The notes below the pieces were generated by a model that ran no database searches, had not been told where the DNA came from, and saw nothing but the letters and a program-made list of their open reading frames with translations. A stretch of DNA of 64,000 nt, from positions 10,428-74,427 of the forward strand of contig CAIXHP010000026.1 of the NCBI GenBank assembly GCA_903919315.1, written 5' to 3'. Position numbers and translations under genes: made by a program. This document shows, piece after piece, positions 29,309-38,540 of the stretch. Numbering within the stretch: position 1 is the first letter of the stretch; each line of letters starts with the position of its first letter. The stretch comes from an uncultured Pseudomonadota bacterium. GTDB lineage: Bacteria; Pseudomonadota; Alphaproteobacteria; UBA9219.

Positions 29309-30976
29309 TTAACGGTTCTCTTGATAGATCCAGTTGCGCAGGATCGAAACGGCTTCTTCGGGATGTTTGTCGACGATCTCGCCCACTTTACGCAGCGACG
29401 AGGCCTTGACGCGTCCCTCGACGCGGGAAATGTCGATCATCTTTTCGATTTCGGATTCGGTGTCCTGCGCCTCGCTCTGCACTTCGCGCATGAACGCGCC
29501 ACCGCCGGGAGGCGGCAACTGAGCGGTGCCGCCGCCATAGCCGGTCGAAGCCAGCATTTGTTGCTGATCGCTGACGATCGCGCCCGCCGAGTCAAAGATG
29601 CGCCGCAAGATGGGGCGGACGATCAACAGCACGACCAGCAGGCCGATGAACGCAAGCGACAGCGTTTGCACCATGCGCAGCAAGTCGGCCTTCGGCACGC
29701 CCATCAGCATTTCAGGACTGCCGTTCTCGTTCTTGCCCGCCTCAGCCTGAGCAAAGCGCATGTTCGCGACTTCTAGCGTATCGCCGCGATTGGCATCAAA
29801 GTTGACCGCCGAACGCGCCAGAGCCTTGATTTGCTCCATCTCCTCCGCCGTGCGCGGTTGATAGGTTTGCGTTCCGTCGGCGGCGGTCGTGGTGTTGCCG
29901 TCCACGACGACGGCGACGGACAGGCGCTTGACCGAACCGGACTCGCGCACTTGGCTGCGCACCGTTTTGTTGATTTCGTAATTGACGGTTTCTTCGCTGC
30001 GGTTGGTCTTGTTGTTGGTGCCGCCGCCCGCCGGAGCCGCCGTCGGATTGCCGGGCAGGTTGTTGTTGATGGAAACGCTCTCGCCACCACCCTCGGAGTT
30101 GCTTGTGTCTTCGTTGGTGCTTTGGGTCGAACGGATCACCTGACTCTCAGGATCATAGATTTCCGAATTCGTGGTGATGCGGTCAAAGTCGAGTTCGGCG
30201 GACACCTGCGCCCGCGCCTTGCCATAGCCAAGAGTCTGCGACAGCAAATCCTCGATCTTACGCGCCTGCGTCTGTTCAAAGGTCACGCGCATGTCGTCCT
30301 GGTTGCCTGACGCTCCGCCTTCGCCGCTGGCAGGACGGGCGAGCAGGTTGCCTTTGTCGTCGATGATGGAAATTTGCTGCGGCTGGAGTTGCGGCACGGC
30401 GGCGGCGATAAGGTGCTGAATAGCGGCAATTTGCTCGCGTCCTAAAACGACACCGCCTCGCGCTTTGAGAAAGACGCTGGCGGTGGCAACCTGCGTATTG
30501 TGGCTGAACAACTCGCGCTGCGGCAATACCAGATGCACGCGCGCGGACTGAATCACGGTCATCGTGCTGATCGTGCGGGCCAGTTCGCCTTCCAGCGCGC
30601 GCAGGTGGTTGATGTTCTGAACAAAGCTGGTGGTGCCAAAGCCTTCTTTCTGATCAAAGATTTCATAGCCGATGGAGCCGCCCTTTGGCAGCCCTTCGCC
30701 CGCGATCATCATACGTAACTTGCCGACTTGCTCGGACGGCACGCGGATCATGCCGCCGGTGGCCGCGACTTCGTAGGGGACTTTCAGACTGTCCAGCTTT
30801 TGGATGATGGCTCCGGCATCCTGCTGATCGAGATTGTCATACAGCAAGGCCATAGGCGAGGAGGCGATCCGCGTCGTCAGAAAGCCAAAGAATCCGAGCA
30901 AACTAAAGGTCACGATCGCGATGGCCGCAAGGCGCATCGGGCCGAGGTTGCGCAAGGTTTGCAAAAAGGCGTTCAC
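29309..30976 (-). CDS. fliF: Flagellar M-ring protein FliF
   Basis: 555 aa. N-terminal TM, YscJ/FliF domain, C-terminal TM plus FliG-binding tail. First gene of the operon. GTG start at 30976. Confidence 0.9.
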   Translation of the reverse strand: MNAFLQTLRNLGPMRLAAIAIVTFSLLGFFGFLTTRIASSPMALLYDNLDQQDAGAIIQKLDSLKVPYEVAATGGMIRVPSEQVGKLRMMIAGEGLPKGGSIGYEIFDQKEGFGTTSFVQNINHLRALEGELARTISTMTVIQSARVHLVLPQRELFSHNTQVATASVFLKARGGVVLGREQIAAIQHLIAAAVPQLQPQQISIIDDKGNLLARPASGEGGASGNQDDMRVTFEQTQARKIEDLLSQTLGYGKARAQVSAELDFDRITTNSEIYDPESQVIRSTQSTNEDTSNSEGGGESVSINNNLPGNPTAAPAGGGTNNKTNRSEETVNYEINKTVRSQVRESGSVKRLSVAVVVDGNTTTAADGTQTYQPRTAEEMEQIKALARSAVNFDANRGDTLEVANMRFAQAEAGKNENGSPEMLMGVPKADLLRMVQTLSLAFIGLLVVLLIVRPILRRIFDSAGAIVSDQQQMLASTGYGGGTAQLPPPGGGAFMREVQSEAQDTESEIEKMIDISRVEGRVKASSLRKVGEIVDKHPEEAVSILRNWIYQENR

Positions 30977-31082
30977 GTTCGGACAACTCCTTTGCGGGGC
31001 GGTCAGCCAGAAGAGCCGACCTTACACGGAAACACTGATTCGCGACCAAAGCAGACAGGGCGGCAGAAACTGCCTACCCCCA

Positions 31083-31129
31083 TTAAGGTTAACGGACGCT
31101 AACGCCGTGTTTGTCAACATTATGTTAAC
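31083..31129. promoter_or_regulatory. Candidate CtrA-type boxes in the fliF upstream region (TTAA-N7-TAAC at 31089-31103; TCAA-N7-TTAAC at 31114-31129). Three GTTAAC hexamers lie in the divergent region.
   Basis: Read from the sequence. The CtrA consensus TTAA-N7-TTAAC upstream of class-II flagellar genes in alphaproteobacteria is established. Each box has one mismatch. Confidence 0.35.
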
Positions 31130-31335
31130 AAACTAGGCATTTTCTGCCCGGTTGGCCCGGAGTTCTGTGTCGTTCTTGCAACGAGATTTGAAAACGGCTC
31201 CGAACCAAGCCCTATGGTTAACATTGGCACAGCTTTTGGCAAGGATAATCGCACAGCCTAAAACCCACCTCGATTCGCAAGAATTAACCAATTTCTTTCC
31301 ATTTTTTCGTTTTGCTTTCATAAAACTTCGCTAGA

Positions 31336-32844
31336 ATGCCAGAGGGTTTCGTTTCCTCAATGAGTTTATGCGAAAGGGTTTTTGCTATGGCGAATTGGTT
31401 TAGCAAATTCATTGGCAGCAGGTTAGTGACCAGAGTCGGTATTCCCGATATAGACGAACACGAACTAATGGCAACGCCGAGTCCGGACTCACAATACAGG
31501 CAGACCTTCGCAGTAGAATCTATGGGAACATCTGACGCGAGTATAGTGCCCCCACGCAATGCCTTGAGGCTGCTAGCGACGGAGCAAGCAGCACGCGTCG
31601 AAACAGATCAGCCGGGACATATTGGAACTAGACAGGAAGGTGCCGATGTTACGGCGCCACCGAATGAACCCGAACCACTCGCCGCCAAGAAACCAGCCAA
31701 GATTTACAAGATGAGGCGACCTTGGCCTTTGGACTCAGGTGCCAACACGGCCCCAGACCCGCACTATACTAAGTTCCAGACCCCCACCGTTGATCGCCTT
31801 AGAGCCCACGGGAATCAAACAGCCCCTATCGACACGCCGGATTACGCGATCTACGAGACTCCTTTTTTCCTAAGGCAGCTCGGCGGCCTTATCACGCTTC
31901 CTCTATTTGCCGAGGGATTGGAAGCAAAGACAGTGGCTGGACAATCTGATATTTTACCGAGAACCATGAGTATCAGCAGACCCCAAACGGACGCCACAGA
32001 AACATATGATTGGCTCGACCTTCCTGAGTTTCTTGGAGCACATGCTTTCCCGCCAACACATAATCCGCAAGACATCCCTGCCTTTTTCCAAACACCCGCA
32101 GGGCCAACAGCCCAAGAGGAACCACCGCTCGCACCTTGGATCACACATTATACAAATGCTTTTGGTGCGCTCAGTCATGAACAGGTCGGGCCTGTCACAC
32201 ACTTCCATTTTTCGGATCGCACGCGCAGTACGGTCTCGCTCCATCGTGCCGCTGATCCGGCCCAATACCGCATCACCGCGACTCCGGGTCTGACGGATGG
32301 AATGGCCAGACTGATCGTTCTGGCGGGGCATAAAGAAATGGGCGGAATCCGCCTTGATACCGAGGCATCTCAGGACGACAAACTGAGACTGTATGTAGCC
32401 GCCCAAACGGTTCTTCTTGAGCGTATGCTTGATGATGTGAGATCAGGAAATCTGGCCACTACAAACCCAGAGTTGGTGGAAATCGTCGCAGGCCGCAGTC
32501 GGCCTCCGGTCGTTGTCTTCGAAGACGGCACAGCGCCACAGGGTGGCCTTTTCAGACCAGCGCCAGAAGTAGCTACTGCTGTTGACGCGCATATTGCCAG
32601 AACAAGACAAGAACTTCTTGCTGAGCTTCAAGCAGCCATAACTACGCCTACACAGACAGCTAATCAACCAGCGCAAGATAGCGGTCGTCTGGGGAAACCA
32701 CACAGAGCTAATCACTCTCTTCTGACCACACCGTCGCAACAGGGCAGTGCCTCGCCTCAAGGGACGGTTAGGAAAAGACGAAGCAACAGGTCTCATGCGA
32801 GTGCGCCCACCACTAGGATGCCATCACCAGGCTCCGCCATCTAA
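31336..32844 (+). CDS. Hypothetical protein (502 aa, or about 485 aa from MANWF). No recognisable domain. Lower GC than the surroundings.
   Basis: Long ORF divergent from fliF, Pro/Thr/Gln-rich, no signal peptide. Composition drop over 31100-33000. Confidence 0.5.
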   Translation: MPEGFVSSMSLCERVFAMANWFSKFIGSRLVTRVGIPDIDEHELMATPSPDSQYRQTFAVESMGTSDASIVPPRNALRLLATEQAARVETDQPGHIGTRQEGADVTAPPNEPEPLAAKKPAKIYKMRRPWPLDSGANTAPDPHYTKFQTPTVDRLRAHGNQTAPIDTPDYAIYETPFFLRQLGGLITLPLFAEGLEAKTVAGQSDILPRTMSISRPQTDATETYDWLDLPEFLGAHAFPPTHNPQDIPAFFQTPAGPTAQEEPPLAPWITHYTNAFGALSHEQVGPVTHFHFSDRTRSTVSLHRAADPAQYRITATPGLTDGMARLIVLAGHKEMGGIRLDTEASQDDKLRLYVAAQTVLLERMLDDVRSGNLATTNPELVEIVAGRSRPPVVVFEDGTAPQGGLFRPAPEVATAVDAHIARTRQELLAELQAAITTPTQTANQPAQDSGRLGKPHRANHSLLTTPSQQGSASPQGTVRKRRSNRSHASAPTTRMPSPGSAI

Positions 32845-33080
32845 CAGGCCTCGCGATACTATGTCGCTCTTTTCGTGCGGCTGATGTATAGTCAGCGCCG
32901 TATAATCTAATCATAACGAAGAGAGATAATGGGATGCCCGCCTACGCTGGCATGCTGGGATTTGTGTTTGAATTCAATTCACCATCGGCACCCCCGCATA
33001 AGCGCGGATCTCATTTTTTAAATCATTTTATCCAACTTGGGCTATAGTTTTTGCTACAAGCTTCACGAAACGGGTTTTTT

Positions 33081-33977
33081 ATGTCTCACCTGATCGGCCT
33101 CGACATCGGCGGAACAAAGATCGCAGGCGGCCTTTTGTCGCCACAGGGTGCGATGTTGTCCCAAAGACAAGTTCCCACACCCAAGGACTACGCGGACTTT
33201 CTGGATGTCTGTCGCGATATGGCACTGGCGCTTGAACGGGAGGCGGGAACACAGGCCCGCGTCGGCGTAGGCATCGCGGGACGTATCGACCGCGAACGTG
33301 GCTGCGTAAGCTCGGCCAACTTATCCTTCCTGACCGGCAAACCTCTGCTGCACGATCTTGAGGCTAAACTGGGGCGGAACATCCGCCTCGCCAATGATGC
33401 CAATTGCGCCGCTCTGGCGGAAGCGACCGACGGCGCGGGCGCGAGCTGCACGAGCGTCCTCGGTCTCATCATGGGCACAGGAGTCGGCGCTGGCTTTGTA
33501 TACCAAGGCAAAATCATGGATGGCTTCAATGGCGTGGCCAGCGAAATCGGCCATCTACCATTACCGCACCGCGAGGAGCCCGACGGCCCGCTTGCCCCGT
33601 GCAGTTGCAATCAACAAGGCTGCATCGACAAAACCATCAGCGGAGGCGGACTGGCACGGCTTTACGAAGCCATGACCGGCAAAGCTGCCGATGCCAAACA
33701 GATCGCCGCTCTGTCCAACGGCGGTGATGCCGATGCGCTGCGGGTTCTGGATCGTTTCTATGACGTGGTTGCCAAGGCTATGGTTGTCATCCTGCATACC
33801 TTTGACCCTGAAATCATCGTTGTCAGCGGTGGCCTCAACGCGCTGCCGGGACTTTACGACGAAGTGCCGAAGCGCTGGGGCCGCTATTGCTGCGTTGCTC
33901 AGCCCAAGACGAAATTTGTCCCCGCCCGCTTGGGCGCGACAGCCGGATTGTGGGGCGCGGCCTGGTTGTGGCGGTAA
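33081..33977 (+). CDS. ROK-family sugar kinase, N-acetylglucosamine kinase-like
   Basis: LIGLDIGGTKIAGGL. Zn motif CSCNQQGCID. Next to nagA. Confidence 0.8.
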   Translation: MSHLIGLDIGGTKIAGGLLSPQGAMLSQRQVPTPKDYADFLDVCRDMALALEREAGTQARVGVGIAGRIDRERGCVSSANLSFLTGKPLLHDLEAKLGRNIRLANDANCAALAEATDGAGASCTSVLGLIMGTGVGAGFVYQGKIMDGFNGVASEIGHLPLPHREEPDGPLAPCSCNQQGCIDKTISGGGLARLYEAMTGKAADAKQIAALSNGGDADALRVLDRFYDVVAKAMVVILHTFDPEIIVVSGGLNALPGLYDEVPKRWGRYCCVAQPKTKFVPARLGATAGLWGAAWLWR

Positions 33978-33984
33978 AGCACGG

Positions 33985-34614
33985 TTACGACCGGGCGGAG
34001 GCGACGAGTTTGATCCCGAACAGCATGAGAACCGATCCCGCGACACGGTCGATGGTCTTGCGCGCGCGCTGATAGCGCGCGCGAATCTTTGGCGAGGAGA
34101 GCGCGATGGCCACAAATCCGAACCAGCCCAACGCCATGACGGCGCAAAGCAGGGCGGTGATGATTTTCGTGGGCGCGCTCGTCGCGCCCGTTACAGCGAT
34201 TGCGAAAATACTGGCAAAAAACGCCATCGACTTAGGATTGGTCATGCTGGTCAAAAAGCCGAGCTTGTAGGGATGGCTGAGCGAAACGGCGGCAGGCGTT
34301 GACGGCTCTGAGACGTTGCCCGTCTGTAACGTTGAGCGCCACAATTGAACGCCGAGATAGAAAAGGTATAGACCGCCCAAAACTTTAACGCCGATCATCA
34401 AGAATGCCATGCGCTCGAACAAGGCGCTAACGCCCCATAGGCTTAACCCCGCATAAATCAAAATGCCGGTGGCAATTCCCGCCGCGCTTTGGATGCCAGC
34501 CTGCCGCCCCCGCGACAAGGCCATCGTGCTGACCAACATGAAATCAGGGCCGGGGGAGGCCAGCGCCAAGGCAAGAATGGGGGCAATCGTCAGGAAAGGC
34601 AGATACTCGATCAT
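33985..34614 (-). CDS. LysE/RhtB-family amino-acid efflux transporter
   Basis: 209 aa. Six predicted TM segments. ASPGPDF motif at the N-terminus. Confidence 0.85.
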   Translation of the reverse strand: MIEYLPFLTIAPILALALASPGPDFMLVSTMALSRGRQAGIQSAAGIATGILIYAGLSLWGVSALFERMAFLMIGVKVLGGLYLFYLGVQLWRSTLQTGNVSEPSTPAAVSLSHPYKLGFLTSMTNPKSMAFFASIFAIAVTGATSAPTKIITALLCAVMALGWFGFVAIALSSPKIRARYQRARKTIDRVAGSVLMLFGIKLVASARS

Positions 34615-34626
34615 GGGTGTTTCCTA

Positions 34627-35802
34627 TCAAGAGGAGAAAGGCCGTCCGTCAATCCAAGCATGTCGGCATGATAAATCGAAATTCAAGATTGTAACGTCGC
34701 CTGTATAGCCGGGCAGCAGCTTGCCCAATCGGTCGCTCACACCCAAAAAGGCCGCCGGATAGGCGGAAGCCATCCGCAATGCCTCGTCCGGCTCGATTCC
34801 GACCTGTTGCACGCAATGTCGCACCGCCTCGGCCAAGATCAGACAAGCTCCCGCCAGCGTCCCCGCAGCATTGACGCAACAGCCCCCCTCGACGTGGATC
34901 AAATCGCCGTTCAGGCGAAAAGACCGAGGGTCATCCGTCGCCGCTGGCGGCATCGCATCACTCACCAGAAACAGCTTGCCGGATGGCTTGGCGCGACTAG
35001 CAAGCCGGATCATCGTGTCGTCGACATGAACCCCATCGGCAATAATCCCGCACCAACTGTCGCGGTCATCGAGCGCAACGCCTGCCGGGCCGGGAGCGCG
35101 CGCGGCCATGCCGCCCATGGCGTTGAATAAATGCGTAAATCCCGTTGCTCCCGCCTGCAACGCCGCCCGAACCTGCTCCGGCGAAGCCGCCGTGTGGCCT
35201 AAGGCGACAAGAGCGCCCTGTTGCCTCAGCTTAACAATAATCTCCGCCGCGACAACGTCGGGCGCAAGCGTAACAAGGAAAACTTCGTCCGGCTCGGCGC
35301 GATAAAGCAGCAAGTCTTCTTGCGTGAGGCCGCGCAGATAGTCCGCCTTATGCACACCGCGCCGCGCCTCGGAAAGATGAGGCCCCTCCAGATGAACGCC
35401 AAAGATATTGCTGCAAACCTTCCGCGCCGCGCGAGCCGCCGCCACGGCCTTTTGCGTAACTTCGGGCGTATCGGTGATGCAAGTGAGCAACAACCGCGTT
35501 GTGCCATAGGCCGCATGCGCCCGCGCAATCGCCACCGCGCCCTCGGCGGTTGGCTGGTCGTTGAACAGGACGTTCCCGCCGCCGTTGACCTGACAATCGA
35601 TAAAGCCGGGAGCCAAAATCGCCTCTGGGCAGGCGTAAACCTCGGCCTCCGCCGGAACCGCCGCCTGCGCCACGATATCGAGCACCCGCCCGTCCTTGAG
35701 CAACAAGGCGTGATTCTCGACAAAGGCTTCGCCCGTGAAAATAACGCCTTGGGTGAGGGCGGCGAGGGGGCTATCGGACATTTTGGAGCCTGATTTTGTC
35801 AT
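34627..35802 (-). CDS. nagA: N-acetylglucosamine-6-phosphate deacetylase
   Basis: Amidohydrolase fold. GFIDCQVNGGGNVLFND. HLEGP, HLFNAM. Confidence 0.85.
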   Translation of the reverse strand: MTKSGSKMSDSPLAALTQGVIFTGEAFVENHALLLKDGRVLDIVAQAAVPAEAEVYACPEAILAPGFIDCQVNGGGNVLFNDQPTAEGAVAIARAHAAYGTTRLLLTCITDTPEVTQKAVAAARAARKVCSNIFGVHLEGPHLSEARRGVHKADYLRGLTQEDLLLYRAEPDEVFLVTLAPDVVAAEIIVKLRQQGALVALGHTAASPEQVRAALQAGATGFTHLFNAMGGMAARAPGPAGVALDDRDSWCGIIADGVHVDDTMIRLASRAKPSGKLFLVSDAMPPAATDDPRSFRLNGDLIHVEGGCCVNAAGTLAGACLILAEAVRHCVQQVGIEPDEALRMASAYPAAFLGVSDRLGKLLPGYTGDVTILNFDLSCRHAWIDGRPFSS

Positions 35803-35890
35803 AATTGATGTGCTAAGCTTGCGCGAGGGCTTGCTCTTCTCTAAGACTCTGGCTCTGCCCTTTTCAAACTGGCAAACGCGGGATGAGCTT

Positions 35891-36544
35891 ATGACTGAAC
35901 ACAGCCTGTTGCAAGAAATCGAAGAAGATCTTCAGCGCCAGAAGTTTGAGGCGCTGTGGAAGCGTTTCGGAACCTACATCATCGGCGGCGCTCTTCTGGT
36001 CGTTTTGGTCACGGCGGCGTACAGCAGCTGGAAGTCCTATCGCATCGAAAAGCGGCAAGAGCTGACGGCGGCGATCCTCGACATCACGACCGGCAAGGAA
36101 ACCGACAAAGCCAAGCAAATCGCCGCGCTGGAAAGCTTCGCCAAGAACGAGGCCTCGACCGATCAGGCCGTTCTGGCTCGCTTCCACGCCGCCGCCATCG
36201 CGACCAAAGACGGCAAATCCGATCAAGCGTTGGCCCTGTACGAAGATCTCGCCGCCGATACGCAGCTTGAACCTCTCTTTCATGATCTGGCCATCGTGCT
36301 GGCGGTGCAATCGCAGTTGGATAAAGGCGATCCGTCCGTTCTGACGACGCGGCTGGAACCCCTGCTTGCCGAAAGCCCATGGCGGGTTACCGCTAAAGAC
36401 TACAGCGCTCATCTGGCGCTGAAAGTCGGTGATAGAGCCAAGGCCAAACAACTGTTCACCGATGTGACGCAGGACGACCGCGCCTCGCCCTCTCAAAAGC
36501 AACGCGCGAACGACGTGCTGCGCTGGCTGAACGAAGGTTCGTGA
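35891..36544 (+). CDS. YfgM-like membrane-anchored TPR protein (ancillary SecYEG/BAM-associated)
   Basis: N-terminal EE..LQRQKFEALWKRFGTYIIGGALLVV signature, single TM, TPR-like C-terminus. Conserved position upstream of bamB-der. Confidence 0.6.
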   Translation: MTEHSLLQEIEEDLQRQKFEALWKRFGTYIIGGALLVVLVTAAYSSWKSYRIEKRQELTAAILDITTGKETDKAKQIAALESFAKNEASTDQAVLARFHAAAIATKDGKSDQALALYEDLAADTQLEPLFHDLAIVLAVQSQLDKGDPSVLTTRLEPLLAESPWRVTAKDYSAHLALKVGDRAKAKQLFTDVTQDDRASPSQKQRANDVLRWLNEGS

Positions 36545-37869
36545 TGTTGCGCTCCCTCCTGCTTCTTGCGCTTTTGGCCACGCTACCGGCCTGCCACACG
36601 CTCTTTGGCGACGACTCGGCCACGGAGCCGGGTAAGGAGGAGGGCGAGCGCGTCGCGGTTCTCGATGTATCCAGAAAACCAACGGCGGACAAGGGTGTCA
36701 GCAGCGCCAATCTCAATCTGCCCCCGGCGGTCGCGAACAAAGACTGGCCGCAAGCGGGCGGCAACACCGAACACGCCATTTCCCACCCCGCTTTGGCGAC
36801 GCAACCGAATGAAGTTTGGAGCGCGGACATCGGTTATGGCTCGGACGGCGACTATAAATTGCTTGCCCGACCCGTGGTCAGCGGGGGGCGCGTTTTCACG
36901 CTCGACGCTCGCGGGCAGATCAGCGCGTTTAAAACCAAAGACGGCGACCGCGTCTGGCGCTTTGACACGACGCCCCACGACCGCGACGACGAAACGATGG
37001 GCGGCGGTCTGGGCGTTGACGGCAACGCGGTTTACGTCGCGACGGGCTATGGCGAAGTCCTCGCGCTCAAGACATCGGACGGCAGCGTGCTGTGGCGTAA
37101 AATGCTCGGCAAGCCGTTCCGATCCGCCCCGACCATCGCCGACGACCGCGTCTATGTCGTCAGCATCGACAACGAACTGAACGCGCTCGCAGCCCCCACC
37201 GGCGAAGTCTTGTGGCATCACAACGGCATAGCGGAAAGCGCGACGCTGATGGGCGCTTCCAGCCCGGCGGTGCAGGACGACAACGTGGTCGTGACCTACA
37301 GCTCCGGCGAGATTTTCAACCTGCGCGTGCAGAACGGACGTGTGAGCTGGACCGATGCCTTAGCCGTCCCGGCGCAGGTGGGGGCCTTGCCTGCCATCGC
37401 CGACATCCGTGGCCTGCCTGTCATCGATCGTGGTCGCGTGTTCGCGATCAGCCACAGCGGCCGCTTGGCCTCGATCGACCAACGCACCGGCGACCGCGCT
37501 TGGGAGGCCGACATCGGCGGCACCAACACGCCCATGGTTGCGGGCGATGCGGTTTTTGTCGTGGACAATGACAGCCAACTCATTGCCCTGACACGCCAAA
37601 CCGGACGTATCGTGTGGGTAACGCCCCTGCAACGTCTGCAAGACCCCACCCAATCGGATTCCACCCCCGTCTTTTGGTCTGGCCCCTTGCTGGCCGGGGG
37701 TCGCCTCTGGTTGGTTAATTCGCTGGGCCATTTAGCCGCCTATGCCCCCAATGACGGCAAACAGCTGTTCGACGAGCCATTGTCCGATGGCTTTTTCATC
37801 CCGCCGGTTGTAGCCAACAATGTGATGTATCTGGTGAGTGACAACGGGAAACTGATTGCCTTAAAGTAG
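36541..37869 (+). CDS. bamB: Outer-membrane protein assembly factor BamB (PQQ beta-propeller lipoprotein)
   Basis: Lipoprotein signal ATLPAC. Repeated PQQ-like WGS/YVAT motifs, 442 aa. ATGA overlap with the yfgM-like gene. Confidence 0.8.
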   Translation: MMLRSLLLLALLATLPACHTLFGDDSATEPGKEEGERVAVLDVSRKPTADKGVSSANLNLPPAVANKDWPQAGGNTEHAISHPALATQPNEVWSADIGYGSDGDYKLLARPVVSGGRVFTLDARGQISAFKTKDGDRVWRFDTTPHDRDDETMGGGLGVDGNAVYVATGYGEVLALKTSDGSVLWRKMLGKPFRSAPTIADDRVYVVSIDNELNALAAPTGEVLWHHNGIAESATLMGASSPAVQDDNVVVTYSSGEIFNLRVQNGRVSWTDALAVPAQVGALPAIADIRGLPVIDRGRVFAISHSGRLASIDQRTGDRAWEADIGGTNTPMVAGDAVFVVDNDSQLIALTRQTGRIVWVTPLQRLQDPTQSDSTPVFWSGPLLAGGRLWLVNSLGHLAAYAPNDGKQLFDEPLSDGFFIPPVVANNVMYLVSDNGKLIALK

Positions 37870-37913
37870 TTATAGGTCTAAACCACTATATATTACTTAG
37901 AGATTGAAAGAAC

Positions 37914-38453
37914 ATGTCGCACACATCCGAAGCTGAAAATCTTTTTTCTCATAAAGCCATTTTCCTGTATGTCATGACAACCTATTTTAGGCTGAATGCG
38001 AGAAACCATATAAAACAAGCGCGTGCGCTCTCACTCAGCTATCACGCCATCTCGTCGGCGAAAAAGCGAAAACGACAAGAAGGCAGCGGTCTCATTCAGT
38101 TCGCCAACGCATTAACCGTTGCCGCCTCTACACTGGAAAACGGCAAGACTGATGTGTATCTGGGAAGATGCGTCAGACCAATATTACACACCGTTGAGCA
38201 AACTGATCCGGCAAATTTTCTAAATATCGATCCTAATTTGTTGAACGATGAAGTATTGGCTCGCAATCTGAAGCAATTTAGTCACGCCGTCAGAACCATA
38301 GTCGCTAAGCGCTCATTTGCCAGTTCTGCAAAAGCTATTCTAACCCGGACCAATGATCCATGGAGTTTGGAACCAATGGAACCGCGCTCATTGCCGAATA
38401 ATCCAATTAAACAAAATAGACGGCGTTGGAACTTCCGATTTGGAGGCAAATAA
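37914..38453 (+). CDS. Hypothetical protein (179 aa) in an AT-rich insertion between bamB and der
   Basis: ORF spans nearly the whole low-GC gap 37870-38540. Basic, no known motif. Confidence 0.4.
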   Translation: MSHTSEAENLFSHKAIFLYVMTTYFRLNARNHIKQARALSLSYHAISSAKKRKRQEGSGLIQFANALTVAASTLENGKTDVYLGRCVRPILHTVEQTDPANFLNIDPNLLNDEVLARNLKQFSHAVRTIVAKRSFASSAKAILTRTNDPWSLEPMEPRSLPNNPIKQNRRRWNFRFGGK

Positions 38454-38540
38454 GGGCTAGTTCGCCTAAGGGCCCTTATCATTTAAGCGCTTGCATGCCA
38501 TAAAGACGGGCATCACGGCATCCAAGAGGCTAAGTTTTTC

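Noticed and set aside
31217-31240. Sigma-54-like promoter TTGGCACAGCTTTTGGC upstream of the 502-aa orphan gene
   Set aside because: The TGGCAC -24 element is present, but the -12 element reads TTGGC instead of TTGCW. This puts GG-GC spacing one nucleotide off the strict N10 requirement. Not called as a promoter.
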